Origin: an uncultured Bacilli bacterium
GTDB taxonomy: Bacteria > Bacillota_I > Bacilli_A > RF39 > UBA660
Length of the DNA stretch: 64,000 nucleotides
Direction of reading: 5' to 3'
Assembly (NCBI GenBank): GCA_934101115.1
Contig: CAKOPW010000001.1
Span: 73,295 to 137,294 of the forward strand
This document shows, piece after piece, positions 20,583 to 30,591 of this stretch. Made by a program: the position numbers and the translations under genes. The notes below the pieces were generated by a model that was not told the DNA's origin, did not search any database, and worked only from the letters and a program-made list of their open reading frames with translations. Within the stretch, counting starts at the first letter, position 1; every line of letters begins with the position of its first letter.

Positions 20583-21125
20583 TTAAACGCTCATTAATTC
20601 TGCAGTTTTTTCTTTGATTTTTTCATCAACAATCTTATTGTATTTATTTATGATTTCTTGAACATCTTCTTGATATCTTTTTTTATCATCTTCAGTTAGT
20701 TCTTCAGCCTTTTTGATATCGTTGTTGGCATCTTGTCTTGCATTTCTTAAAGCAATTTTTGCTTGTTCACCCATTTCATCAACCTGTTTAACATAGTTTC
20801 TTCTAGTTTCTTCTGTTAATTGAGGAACAGTTAAGATAACCATCTCACCATTATTTGTTGGAGTTATTCCAATATTCGCTTCATTTATAGCTCTTTCAAT
20901 ATCTTTTATAATACTTCTATCAAATGGTTTTATAAATAGTTGTCTTGCTTCTGGAACAGTTATATTTGCAACTTGATTGATTGGAGTTGGTGCCCCATAA
21001 TATTCAACCATTATTCCATTAAGCATTGATGCATTTGCACGTCCAGCACGAACTGTTATAAGTCTTGCTTCTAGGTTTTCAATTGCCTTCATCATGTTCA
21101 TTTCACATTCATCTAAAAAATCCAT
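20583..21125 (-). CDS. frr: Ribosome recycling factor
   Basis: 180 aa with the typical RRF sequence (RTGRANASML-like VRAGRANASMLNGIMVEYYG, ...EETRRNYVKQ...). Confidence 0.95.
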   Translation of the reverse strand: MDFLDECEMNMMKAIENLEARLITVRAGRANASMLNGIMVEYYGAPTPINQVANITVPEARQLFIKPFDRSIIKDIERAINEANIGITPTNNGEMVILTVPQLTEETRRNYVKQVDEMGEQAKIALRNARQDANNDIKKAEELTEDDKKRYQEDVQEIINKYNKIVDEKIKEKTAELMSV

Positions 21126-21167
21126 ATTTCCTCCTTATAAACTAATTAAATTATACTTTATTTATAT

Positions 21168-22238
21168 CTATTTAGCAAGAGATATATAAGCAACAACAAA
21201 CATCGCGATAATTAAAATTTCCATTGCAACAATTATAAATCCTCCGTTAAATTGAAATTGATCATCACTTTTCTCATGAGTTCTTGCTAAGAATTCTTTT
21301 TCGATTTTTGTAAGTATGAAAGTATTATTCATAATTCTTTGGTTTAGTACTTTTATGTATCTAGTAAGTATTCCACTTGCTGCATCATCTAAAAGCTCTG
21401 GTTTTTCAATAATAGTTTTAATTGCTGCCTCTAGATATCTTTTTTCGCGTGTATTTATATTTGGAAAATTATCCAATATTTCATTTAATCTATCGATATC
21501 TATTTCAAATGGTAAAAGTACATGAATATCATCATACTCGTAAGTTTGATCTTTTAAATCTTGATAAACATCTTCACTTTTTAAATAATAAAGATTATTC
21601 ATTTTGGAATCATATCTTATGATTGCACTTCCAGCAATAATGAATATTTGTCCTTTAGAATCTTGATAAATATGATATTTTTCAACTCTTTTTCTTTTCA
21701 TATATTCTTCTATTGCTAATTTTACTTCCTCGTTTAAATCGTTTAAAAGAACTTCTTTTGGTATAGGATTAAAGTTCAATGTAGTTGTTAAATAATTTAT
21801 ATATCCATCTATTATAGTTTCTTTATCAGTTGAAGGAGTTACATGTGTATTAACATAATTAGCTAAATCATATATTTGCATACATTCCAACACATGTATT
21901 TTTTTGCTTTTATAATAGTAAAAGTAGTAGTTTTCTACTCCATCGTTTTTAAAAGAAACAATACCTACTTCCATGCCTAAAACCATTTTTAAATATTCAC
22001 TTGCTTCACCATTGTTATTTAATTTATCATTGTATTTATATTTATTTAATAAAGTTATTAATTGATATTTATTTTTAATATCACTGTTGGAAAGAAAAGT
22101 TATTAATGACTCAACATAACGATGTTCTTCATCACTAAATTTGCCTTCAAATTCTTTTAATAAATTAACTATTTCATCAACATTGGTAATCACACCATTT
22201 TCTTCTTTTATATGAAATCTATTATTAAATGCACTCAT
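21168..22238 (-). CDS. Hypothetical tail-anchored protein
   Basis: 356 aa with a single C-terminal TM (GGFIIVAMEILIIAMFVVAYISL). No motif recognised. Confidence 0.5.
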   Translation of the reverse strand: MSAFNNRFHIKEENGVITNVDEIVNLLKEFEGKFSDEEHRYVESLITFLSNSDIKNKYQLITLLNKYKYNDKLNNNGEASEYLKMVLGMEVGIVSFKNDGVENYYFYYYKSKKIHVLECMQIYDLANYVNTHVTPSTDKETIIDGYINYLTTTLNFNPIPKEVLLNDLNEEVKLAIEEYMKRKRVEKYHIYQDSKGQIFIIAGSAIIRYDSKMNNLYYLKSEDVYQDLKDQTYEYDDIHVLLPFEIDIDRLNEILDNFPNINTREKRYLEAAIKTIIEKPELLDDAASGILTRYIKVLNQRIMNNTFILTKIEKEFLARTHEKSDDQFQFNGGFIIVAMEILIIAMFVVAYISLAK

Positions 22239-22252
22239 AATTTTAGCCCTTT

Positions 22253-23419
22253 CTAGTATTCTGTTTCTCTTTTTCTTTTGGTTTCAATATTTACTCGTTG
22301 AGTTAAAGCGGTAAGTATCATTATATTTAACATGAATGATCCTCCATAACTTAAGAACGGAAGTGGTACACCAGTAAGTGGAATTAAAGCCAAAAGTCCT
22401 CCTAAGTTGATGACTATATGACTTAAGATATAAGCAAAGGTTCCGAAAGCAATTATGGAATTTCTTAAATTTGTTGCGTTCCTTGCAATTACTAAAATTC
22501 TAAACAATAGGATTATATATGCAATAAGTACACAAGTTCCTCCAATAAGTCCAAGTTCCTCCACAATAATTGGAAAAATAAAATCTGTATGGGCAGCTGG
22601 CAAATATAAATATTTTTGAGTAGATGCTCCAAGGCCTACTCCAAATATTCCACCATTGTGAATCGCGATATAACCATTACATACTTGGTATCCAGTTTCT
22701 TCTAGATATCTTGAACAAGGATTCTTAAAATTAAATCTACTTGCTTGTGCTGACGTTAAAATATCTGAATTAAAATTCAAGAAAAATATTCCACCAATAG
22801 CAGCTATTACAGTTGCTATTCTTAATATTTTAATGTTTTTGTTATTTGAAAGCGGCAATGAAAAAAAGATAAACATACATATAATCGCTATTAAACAAGC
22901 GGTTCCTAAGTCAGGTTCTAATGCTACTAAGAAAAAAACAATTATACATGGTATCATTGGTAAAAAAACATCACTGACACTTTTAAATTTTTTAATTTTT
23001 GAATATGTGCATGCTAGATATAATATAATAAATGTTTTAGCAAATTCACTAGGTTGGATAGAAAATCCTAATATTTTAAACCAACTTCTGGCTGAATTAG
23101 TAACCGTTCCATATGTCTTTAAAGCAATTAACATGATTATCATTAAAACAATACCCAATTTAGATATTACACCATAGTTTTTTGTCGGAAAATTTATAAC
23201 AATTAAAGATACAAATAAACCAACTATAACAACTAATAATTGCTTTTCAAAAAAGTAATAAGGTGTTTTTTTGTAACTCAAAACGCTTGTGACGCTTGAT
23301 GAACTAAATACCATTATAAGCCCAAATATTATTAATGCTGTTGTTACTAATAGCAATGGAATATCAACGTTTTTTAATGAGTTTTTAATATATCTTAAAG
23401 CTCTTTTCACAACAATCAC
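22253..23419 (-). CDS. SEDS-family peptidoglycan polymerase (FtsW/RodA/SpoVE)
   Basis: 388 aa polytopic protein with SEDS motifs (QPSEFAK, LEPDLGT, TDFIF, PLPFLSYGGS). Confidence 0.9.
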   Translation of the reverse strand: MIVVKRALRYIKNSLKNVDIPLLLVTTALIIFGLIMVFSSSSVTSVLSYKKTPYYFFEKQLLVVIVGLFVSLIVINFPTKNYGVISKLGIVLMIIMLIALKTYGTVTNSARSWFKILGFSIQPSEFAKTFIILYLACTYSKIKKFKSVSDVFLPMIPCIIVFFLVALEPDLGTACLIAIICMFIFFSLPLSNNKNIKILRIATVIAAIGGIFFLNFNSDILTSAQASRFNFKNPCSRYLEETGYQVCNGYIAIHNGGIFGVGLGASTQKYLYLPAAHTDFIFPIIVEELGLIGGTCVLIAYIILLFRILVIARNATNLRNSIIAFGTFAYILSHIVINLGGLLALIPLTGVPLPFLSYGGSFMLNIMILTALTQRVNIETKRKRETEY

Positions 23420-23493
23420 CCTATATTAAGTATAACATAAAAAAAGGAATACATTTTTGATATATTCCCAAGTGTTGTTAAGTAAGTGTCTAC

Positions 23494-23919
23494 CTAATCA
23501 ACTAGTTTGTTTCCTGCAGCATCTGTTTCAATATTTCCTGAAAGAATTAAGATTCCTTCAATAAATCCCCAAAGGGCAGAAACAAATGAAAGTGTACAGC
23601 AACTCAATACAGTTATAAGAAGTTGAGCAATTGCTCTTCCATTATATCCTAAATAGAAATTATGAACTCCAAATCCTCCTAAGAATATTGCTAATAGACC
23701 AGCAACTACTCTATTCTTAGCTTGAGGATTATAGTTTTGATTTTGAGCTTGATTTTGAGTTTGATTTTGGCTTGAAGTTGATTCCTTAGTTTCTTCTGTT
23801 ACCTTTTCTGCTTTAACTTCTTCTCTTACTACTCTATCTTTAACTGCTTTACCACAATTGCTACATACAGTATCATTTAAATTTAATTTGTTTCCACAAT
23901 TTGTACAAAAATTTGCCAT
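23494..23919 (-). CDS. Zinc-ribbon plus TM2-domain membrane protein
   Basis: CTNCGN...CSNCG at the N-terminus, a Q/N-rich linker, and a TM2-like GLLAIFLGGFGVHNFYLG. Confidence 0.7.
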   Translation of the reverse strand: MANFCTNCGNKLNLNDTVCSNCGKAVKDRVVREEVKAEKVTEETKESTSSQNQTQNQAQNQNYNPQAKNRVVAGLLAIFLGGFGVHNFYLGYNGRAIAQLLITVLSCCTLSFVSALWGFIEGILILSGNIETDAAGNKLVD

Positions 23920-23955
23920 TTTTAACCACCTATCTTTATTAATTATATAAGTTTT

Positions 23956-24864
23956 TTATTGTTTTTGCAACGAATTTACTTTCCTATCTATAAAGTTATT
24001 AAATAAACTTACAACAAGTATACTAATTAACGGAGCCAGTGTTGGCTCTATAAAATAATTTATAAAAGTAAGTAAACCAACTAAAATACCGAAAACAATC
24101 ATTCCTTTTCTTGTATAGCAGCTTGTTTTAGTATCAGTTGCTACATAACTCATAAGCATAACAATATTGTTAGCAAAGAATAAATTTGTAAAATTGTTGT
24201 CTGTTAACAATGAATAGACCCCAAATAATAAAAACAATGTTACTAGACTTGAAAGACTTATATCTATTTTTATATTATTTGTCATATATAAGCCAAATAA
24301 ACCTAAACAAATCAATATTACATGCGTGCTTGCAACTCCACCAGGAAATCTTCCTATCAAATAATCCATAAATTCATAAGAGAAAGTTTTGCTCATCTCA
24401 TATGAATTTAAAAATGAAGCATTTCCCATTATTTTGCTCAACAAGTAAATAACTATTAAAGTAAAACACATAATATTTACTCGATTATTTAAAAATTTTG
24501 ATACCATAAAAACTGATAATAACACCAAAGTGTAGATAAGAACATTTGTGTTTATTGAGACTAAACATCCTACAACAATTCCATATTCTAAATGAAATGA
24601 GGAAAAAATAATCGAACTCAAATCATCTTTACTCTTTTTAATAATTTTTTCATAAAAGATATTTACAAATATACCAACTAAAGCTCCTATTGAAACATAG
24701 ATAAGAGGTCTAAATATTTCAATAAAAGAAATATAATGCTCTTGGTATAAATAGATACCATTTTTATAGAAGCCATAAATTATTAAAGGAAGTAAAAATA
24801 ATAATTTTGTTAATGTTATAGATTTTATAGACTTATTGCTACGTACATATACATTATTTTTCAT
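23956..24864 (-). CDS. RnfD/NqrB-family membrane protein
   Basis: Polytopic. The motif YVATDTKTSCYTRKGMIVFGILVG resembles the RnfD ATDxVTSP...G..i.G block. Overlaps the rnfC-like stop. Confidence 0.5.
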   Translation of the reverse strand: MKNNVYVRSNKSIKSITLTKLLFLLPLIIYGFYKNGIYLYQEHYISFIEIFRPLIYVSIGALVGIFVNIFYEKIIKKSKDDLSSIIFSSFHLEYGIVVGCLVSINTNVLIYTLVLLSVFMVSKFLNNRVNIMCFTLIVIYLLSKIMGNASFLNSYEMSKTFSYEFMDYLIGRFPGGVASTHVILICLGLFGLYMTNNIKIDISLSSLVTLFLLFGVYSLLTDNNFTNLFFANNIVMLMSYVATDTKTSCYTRKGMIVFGILVGLLTFINYFIEPTLAPLISILVVSLFNNFIDRKVNSLQKQ

Positions 24865-26008
24865 GACTATTTAAACACTCCTTAAAATTAATTTTGCTTG
24901 GGCAAATATACGAACATAAACCACAATTAATACATTTACTTTTATCAGCTTTTTTATGTTCTTTTATGTATTTAGGATTTAACCCAACTGGACATTTCAA
25001 TGTACAAAGTCCACAATTAATACATTCTTTTTCACTTGTCTTATCCAAAGTGTTCAAGAATATACTTCTCGTATTTAAGGTAATTATTGAATTTAATGAT
25101 TCTAAAGTTATGCCAGAAATAAGACCATTTACGACAACATAATAATCTTCATTTACTATTTCACAATTGTTTTTTATTAAGTCGGCTATTTTTACTCCTA
25201 TTTTGGTATTTACAACAATTGATTCCTTTATACAATTTCCACCAATTGTTACATATTTTTCAGTTATTGGGTTTCTTTTTTTTAAGACGTTATAGATATT
25301 TATTAAATCTTCTACAGTTAAATAAATAATTCCGTTTTCTATTTCTTTTTTGGTTAATACATTTTTGATTAATATATTTTTAAAACCTATTGGATAAACA
25401 TCAGGAAGCAGTTTTAGTCTTATATTAGGATATGTTCCAATGTTGCTTGTTAAATTAATGACATTATTTGAATCTTTATTGTTTATAGCAAATATAACAT
25501 TGTCAATCTTTAAAATATCTGATAAAGCATCTGCAGTCTCAAGAAGTTTATCACTTTTATTGTTTATTATAAAAGAATAATTTTTCTCTGCTTCTTCTTT
25601 GTCTATACCATTTATCAAAATTGTCTTTTCATCACTGAATTTATGTAATTCTGGCATATACTTTCTTAGCAAATCTAGCAGTTCTTGTTTGGAGTATTTA
25701 TTTATATATTTTGTTGCCCATTTATTTTGTTTAATATCTTCTTTAAAATTATTTTCGATAACTAAGCACTTTACATCATGGTTATTTATTTTTAAATCAT
25801 CATTGACACTTCTAACAATACCACTTATTGGACTAAAAATTGATTTACCATTTTTTTCAAATAATATATCGTTTTTCATTACTTTTCTTTCTTCTGATAA
25901 TTGTAGATTAAAATTATCAGGAAGTGGAATATAAACATAGTCTGGATTTAAAAATTCCTCTAATTTAGAATTTATTTGAGGATGCTTACATCTTTTATAG
26001 CTATTCAT
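24854..26008 (-). CDS. RnfC-like iron-sulfur protein
   Basis: C-terminal 2x[4Fe-4S] motifs CINCGLCTLKCP and CINCGLCSYICP. Confidence 0.6.
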   Translation of the reverse strand: MNSYKRCKHPQINSKLEEFLNPDYVYIPLPDNFNLQLSEERKVMKNDILFEKNGKSIFSPISGIVRSVNDDLKINNHDVKCLVIENNFKEDIKQNKWATKYINKYSKQELLDLLRKYMPELHKFSDEKTILINGIDKEEAEKNYSFIINNKSDKLLETADALSDILKIDNVIFAINNKDSNNVINLTSNIGTYPNIRLKLLPDVYPIGFKNILIKNVLTKKEIENGIIYLTVEDLINIYNVLKKRNPITEKYVTIGGNCIKESIVVNTKIGVKIADLIKNNCEIVNEDYYVVVNGLISGITLESLNSIITLNTRSIFLNTLDKTSEKECINCGLCTLKCPVGLNPKYIKEHKKADKSKCINCGLCSYICPSKINFKECLNSHEK

Positions 26009-26903
26009 TTGTTCCTCTATAATAAGTTACTATATCATCATATAAATTGTGGTTGAATTCTCTATTTTTTACTTCTTCTATTTCAAATTTATATGGTGAA
26101 TATTCACGATCTACAAAAGGAGTTTCAAGCATTTTAGGGATATTTTCTAAACGCTTATTATAAGCTACATTGATAAGAGTCTCAAATCCAATAGTGCCAT
26201 ATCCTAGGTTTTCATGACGATCTTTTCTTGCTCCAATTGGGTTTTTAGAGTCATTTAAGTGAACACACCCAATTTTATCAATACCAATTTGTTTATCAAA
26301 TTCATCTAAATATTCATCGAATTTACTGATATCTATACCAGAATCACTTAAATGGCAAGTGTCAAGACAAACACCTATTTTGTCTTGTAATTCGATATTA
26401 TCAATTATATATTTTAACTCTTCTAAATTTATTCCTAATTCTGTTCCTTTTCCGGCCATTGTCTCTAGTAATATTACAATATTATCATCAGGATAAAGAA
26501 TAGAGTTTAATCCTTTTATTATGTTATTTAAAGCATCAGTTCTGTCTAGCTTTGTTGCGCTTCCTGGATGAAGAACCATTCTTCTAACTCCTAATTTTAT
26601 GCATCTTTCAATTTCTTGTCTTAAAAAATTTTTGGCAAATTCATATTTTTCAGGATCAATGTTGTTTGCAAGATTAACTATATAAGGGGCATGACATACT
26701 ACATTTTCAAGCATAATGCCGTTTTCTTTCATCTTTTTCATTGCTTCATATGTTACTAAATCATTTATCTCTCCTCTTTGAGTATTTTGAGGAGCTCCTG
26801 TATAAAACATGAAAGCGTTTGCTCCATAAGAAATTGCATCTTCGACAGATCCTAGTAACTGAGTTGAGTTTTTGTATGATACATGACTTCCAATTATTAA
26901 CAT
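26001..26903 (-). CDS. nfo: Endonuclease IV
   Basis: IGSHVS...ANAFMFYTGAPQN...HAPYIVNLA...HPGS...CLDTCH metal-ligand pattern. GGTGG lies 6 nt before the ATG at 26903. Confidence 0.9.
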   Translation of the reverse strand: MLIIGSHVSYKNSTQLLGSVEDAISYGANAFMFYTGAPQNTQRGEINDLVTYEAMKKMKENGIMLENVVCHAPYIVNLANNIDPEKYEFAKNFLRQEIERCIKLGVRRMVLHPGSATKLDRTDALNNIIKGLNSILYPDDNIVILLETMAGKGTELGINLEELKYIIDNIELQDKIGVCLDTCHLSDSGIDISKFDEYLDEFDKQIGIDKIGCVHLNDSKNPIGARKDRHENLGYGTIGFETLINVAYNKRLENIPKMLETPFVDREYSPYKFEIEEVKNREFNHNLYDDIVTYYRGTNE

Positions 26904-26961
26904 TTTTACCACCATAAAAATTATATCATGAGAACAAAAAAAAAGATACTAAGTATCTCTT

Positions 26962-27480
26962 TTATTCAACAATTTTATATCCTTGACGATTATAACAATT
27001 AGTTACAGTTGCTGAAGAACCAGCTTTACAAGCAACATATTCATTTAAACCAGCTACTTGAGTTTTGTCTAAAGATTGAATTGCTGTTTTATCATCTGCT
27101 TTTGGCATTTTTTGATCTGTAACATCCCAACTTAATGTCATATAGTTAGAATCCCAAAGATAAACAATATAATGTGGATTGTCAACATCTTCAGCATTTA
27201 CAACTACATATCCTTTATAATCACCAGTTGATGTATATCCTAAATCTTTTTCAATATTGTAAACATATCTTCCTGCTCCAGCAATTGCTCCTCCATTTGA
27301 ATCATAAACATATTGAGTAGTTGTATCTTTTACAACTTTTTCAATATATATAGCAAATGAGCTTCTTCTTGCACTTGCCATTGTTTCAAGTACTGTTGGA
27401 ATAGCAATTATCATTATAATAGCTAAAATTACTATAACAGCAAGTAACTCAACTAAAGTAAAACCATTTTTCTTTTTCAT
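26962..27480 (-). CDS. Type IV pilin/pseudopilin-like protein
   Basis: Class III signal MKKKNG|FTLVELLAVIVILAII, with G-1, F+1 and E+5. Confidence 0.8.
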   Translation of the reverse strand: MKKKNGFTLVELLAVIVILAIIMIIAIPTVLETMASARRSSFAIYIEKVVKDTTTQYVYDSNGGAIAGAGRYVYNIEKDLGYTSTGDYKGYVVVNAEDVDNPHYIVYLWDSNYMTLSWDVTDQKMPKADDKTAIQSLDKTQVAGLNEYVACKAGSSATVTNCYNRQGYKIVE

Positions 27481-27541
27481 AAATATCCTCTTCCTATCTT
27501 AAATTAATTATATATTTTATCTAATTTATAGTCAATACTTT

Positions 27542-29236
27542 TTAAATGTTTTTGTCTTCGTTGTTTGTATCAATAATGTCATTTTTATTTTTTGCTTTTC
27601 TGCTTGTTCTCTTATTTGCACTTATTATTACAAGTAATGCTATAAGGGCTACTCCTAAGCCAGCTATTAAGAATTTCAAGAACGTACTCATAATATTTGA
27701 CTCTTTTTTAGTATGGACTGTTATAGTATAAACTTTCTTATAGTATCCGTTTTCACTAGTGACATATATGCTAATCTTTGAGCCATCTGTTAAAGATTCG
27801 TTTCCTTCCATATAAGCACGAGCTTGAGAAGATGTTGTTTCATATCTTATCGGTAATGAATCAGTATCAACTATTGTAAGTTCATATTCGTATTTGTTTT
27901 TGTCGAATTCTAACATATATCCGGAAATAGTTAAACTAGAAAGAGATGCATCACTTGATGGAAGTGTTGGATCTGGAAGTCCTTCTTCTCTATTATATAT
28001 TGGAGCATCATTCGTTCTTGTGACTTCAACAATATTTCCAAGTTCATCTAATCTTCTTACTTGAATATAATAATTAGCTTCTTTACTTTCGTTTGGATTC
28101 GATAGATTAATTCTTATTATATTAGATCCAATAGTTAATCCATCAGCCCCGATAATTGAAACGACAGTGTTTGGATCTGTTGATGTTGCTGAAATTGAAA
28201 GTGATGAAACACCATTTGGAACAGTAAGTTCGTAGTTAAATTTCATTGGGCTAAATGAAATATCATAGCCAGATACATTTAATGTATTTAAAAGCAATGC
28301 TGTCTTTTCAGGTTCTATTGTTGTAGAAGGTATAACATATGTTTGACGAGTTGTTGTTGTAGTTTTATCAGCTTCAATCGTTTGTCTTTCATTGGTTGTA
28401 GTCGTTGTAGCTTGACTCGTTTTGTCATCTACTATAGAACTTGTAGTTACTTTTGTTGTGCCATCAGTTGTTGTTGATTGATTAGTTACTTTTGTCGTTT
28501 TAACGGTTGTTGTTCCTTTGGTTTCGTCTCCTGTAGACGAACAACTTAGACTTGAAATGCTTAAATCGCCTTTGGATTGCATTTCATCGTAGAAAGTTTC
28601 CATTGGCATATCTTTATTAAATAAAACGTTTTCGACTTTATAATTATTATCCTTTAAAGTAATATACACATCATAACGATATGAATCTTTTGCTCCAGTA
28701 TCTCTTCCACTTACGCATGTAGTATCGCTTGTTCTTAATGTCTTAGTAGCATCAGCATATTTGTAGTTATAGCAAAGTTTATCATTTTCCCCAATTGTTT
28801 TATTAATATTTACCTCTGTTTTACCCTCTTCATAATAATAAGTTTCATTTGGTGTACATGATCCGGAGCTAGTTACGCAATAATATATTCCACTTAAACT
28901 ATCGTTTTTAATAGATGCAGTAGCGACTAAATTTCCTGAAGATACAGCTACACGATTTATTTTAACCCAGCCCTCATATTTACCAGTGTTACTGATGTCT
29001 AAATCTTTAGATATATCATATACAGCGCATTCAGTATTGCTCTTGTTTAAGTCTAAATCTTGAGTATACTTAGCAGTTGCCTTGCTTTGTAAACTTTGAG
29101 CATATAAGTAAAACGATTCCTTTCTTGCACTTCCAATTGACTTCATAATACTTGGCACTACTACTATCATTATAAGCGCTAAAACAACGATAACAGCTAG
29201 TAATTCTACCAAAGTAAAGCCATTTTTCTTTTTCAC
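27542..29236 (-). CDS. Prepilin-leader protein with a Thr-rich linker, two cadherin-like beta-sandwich domains and a C-terminal TM anchor
   Basis: Same MKKKNG|FTLVELLAVIV leader. T-rich stretch around residues 230-290. Units LNVSGYDISFSPMKFNYELTV and LTISGYMLEFDKNKYEYELTI. C-terminal TM FLKFLIAGLGVALIALLVIISA. Confidence 0.7.
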   Translation of the reverse strand: MKKKNGFTLVELLAVIVVLALIMIVVVPSIMKSIGSARKESFYLYAQSLQSKATAKYTQDLDLNKSNTECAVYDISKDLDISNTGKYEGWVKINRVAVSSGNLVATASIKNDSLSGIYYCVTSSGSCTPNETYYYEEGKTEVNINKTIGENDKLCYNYKYADATKTLRTSDTTCVSGRDTGAKDSYRYDVYITLKDNNYKVENVLFNKDMPMETFYDEMQSKGDLSISSLSCSSTGDETKGTTTVKTTKVTNQSTTTDGTTKVTTSSIVDDKTSQATTTTTNERQTIEADKTTTTTRQTYVIPSTTIEPEKTALLLNTLNVSGYDISFSPMKFNYELTVPNGVSSLSISATSTDPNTVVSIIGADGLTIGSNIIRINLSNPNESKEANYYIQVRRLDELGNIVEVTRTNDAPIYNREEGLPDPTLPSSDASLSSLTISGYMLEFDKNKYEYELTIVDTDSLPIRYETTSSQARAYMEGNESLTDGSKISIYVTSENGYYKKVYTITVHTKKESNIMSTFLKFLIAGLGVALIALLVIISANKRTSRKAKNKNDIIDTNNEDKNI

Positions 29237-29299
29237 TTTATCACCCTCGTATTCTATTATTAATTATAGAGTAGATATTATTTTTTTTCAAGAAAAAAG

Positions 29300-30583
29300 T
29301 TACTTTGTTAAAAGCAACTCTTCGTTTTTTTCAAAACTATAAATTTGTTTCATTGATTCAATGTAAGCTAAATATTCTTTTGTTTCTTCGTTTATATTGC
29401 TTGCAATGAATTCTTGAATTGTTTCTTTCCCAACTTGTGAATCATTATTAACATATTGTTCAAATAAATCATAAAGTTCTTTAACGTTATCCAAGCTATT
29501 AAAACGTTTTGCTAATTCTTGGTCTAAAAGTGCTTGATTTTCTTCGGTATAAGCTTTAAGAACAACATCTTCACCAACAAGGTTTATTACTTGCTCTGTA
29601 CACCATTTTAAATCATCATAATAATCAATTTTTTTTGACGTATTAGCAATTTTACTTGTTAGTAAAGAAGTGTATCCTTCATTTAAAATTACATTACCAA
29701 GTTTACCAGTCGAATGTGTAAATTCGTGTTGTAAAATATTTTCTCGACTCGCATTTTCACTGCCATAGTAGTCAACTATATTAGTAGTTGGATCATATGT
29801 AGCTCCAAGTCCTTCGTTACCTTTATAGTTTTTATCAACAACTTGAATCGTCATGAAAGTTTTATAAACATCATTCATAGAAAGATATGGATTTTCGCTT
29901 ATATAACCTTTTAAAGTTTGCAAAGTTTCTGCATCATTTTCACTCAAATAAGGCGATTTTTCAAGATCATCAAATATCTTATTGATTTGATCATCACGGC
30001 TTTCATAAGTTTTTTCGATGTTTGTATTTTTTATTGATAGATAATATGGAAGTGTTTCAACTGGTACGCAATAATTAACGAATGAATATAAAGATAATCC
30101 AATAGATAAAGCTAGTACACCATTACCTAAACGGTTTTTACCTAAATTATATTTTTTATGAAATTTATTTAAACATGTGTTCATCGCGATTAAAATAGTA
30201 TTAAGAACTGTGCCAAAACCAAGTACAAAAAATAATTGAATGTCGAGAAATGCTGTGTCATTATGATGGCAAAAACTTGTTACTAGTTGAATAAAAAATT
30301 GAAAAAATGGAGCTAATACAAAATAATTTGATCTCAAGTCAGTATATTTATTACATTGTTTAACTATTTTCTTTGCTCTTTCGTAGTCTGATTTTTTATT
30401 ATAAACAATTATATCCTTTTTTGAATATAGTTCTTCATAGCTTTTTCCGCTTTCAGCAACAAATGTAGAAATCATCTTTTCAGTACCAGTTGCATTTTTT
30501 TCTACTACTGTATCTTTTTGAGATATCAATAAACTTTTCTTTATTTTGCCTTTTTCTTTTAAAACAACAATACATTTTATCAT
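29300..30583 (-). CDS. Membrane protein with a C-terminal HExxH (gluzincin-like) domain
   Basis: Central TM helices. HEFTHSTGKLGNVILNEGYT motif. Paralog of the adjacent gene. Confidence 0.55.
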   Translation of the reverse strand: MIKCIVVLKEKGKIKKSLLISQKDTVVEKNATGTEKMISTFVAESGKSYEELYSKKDIIVYNKKSDYERAKKIVKQCNKYTDLRSNYFVLAPFFQFFIQLVTSFCHHNDTAFLDIQLFFVLGFGTVLNTILIAMNTCLNKFHKKYNLGKNRLGNGVLALSIGLSLYSFVNYCVPVETLPYYLSIKNTNIEKTYESRDDQINKIFDDLEKSPYLSENDAETLQTLKGYISENPYLSMNDVYKTFMTIQVVDKNYKGNEGLGATYDPTTNIVDYYGSENASRENILQHEFTHSTGKLGNVILNEGYTSLLTSKIANTSKKIDYYDDLKWCTEQVINLVGEDVVLKAYTEENQALLDQELAKRFNSLDNVKELYDLFEQYVNNDSQVGKETIQEFIASNINEETKEYLAYIESMKQIYSFEKNEELLLTK

Positions 30584-30591
30584 TGTCTCAC

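Noticed and set aside
23481-23490. A third occurrence of GTGTCTACCT, the motif in the toxin leader and antisense RNA, downstream of the TM2-domain gene
   Set aside because: It is a single 10-mer match without the surrounding module, and it sits next to an ordinary terminator. It could be chance in 64 kb searched on both strands, so it is not enough to claim a target site.
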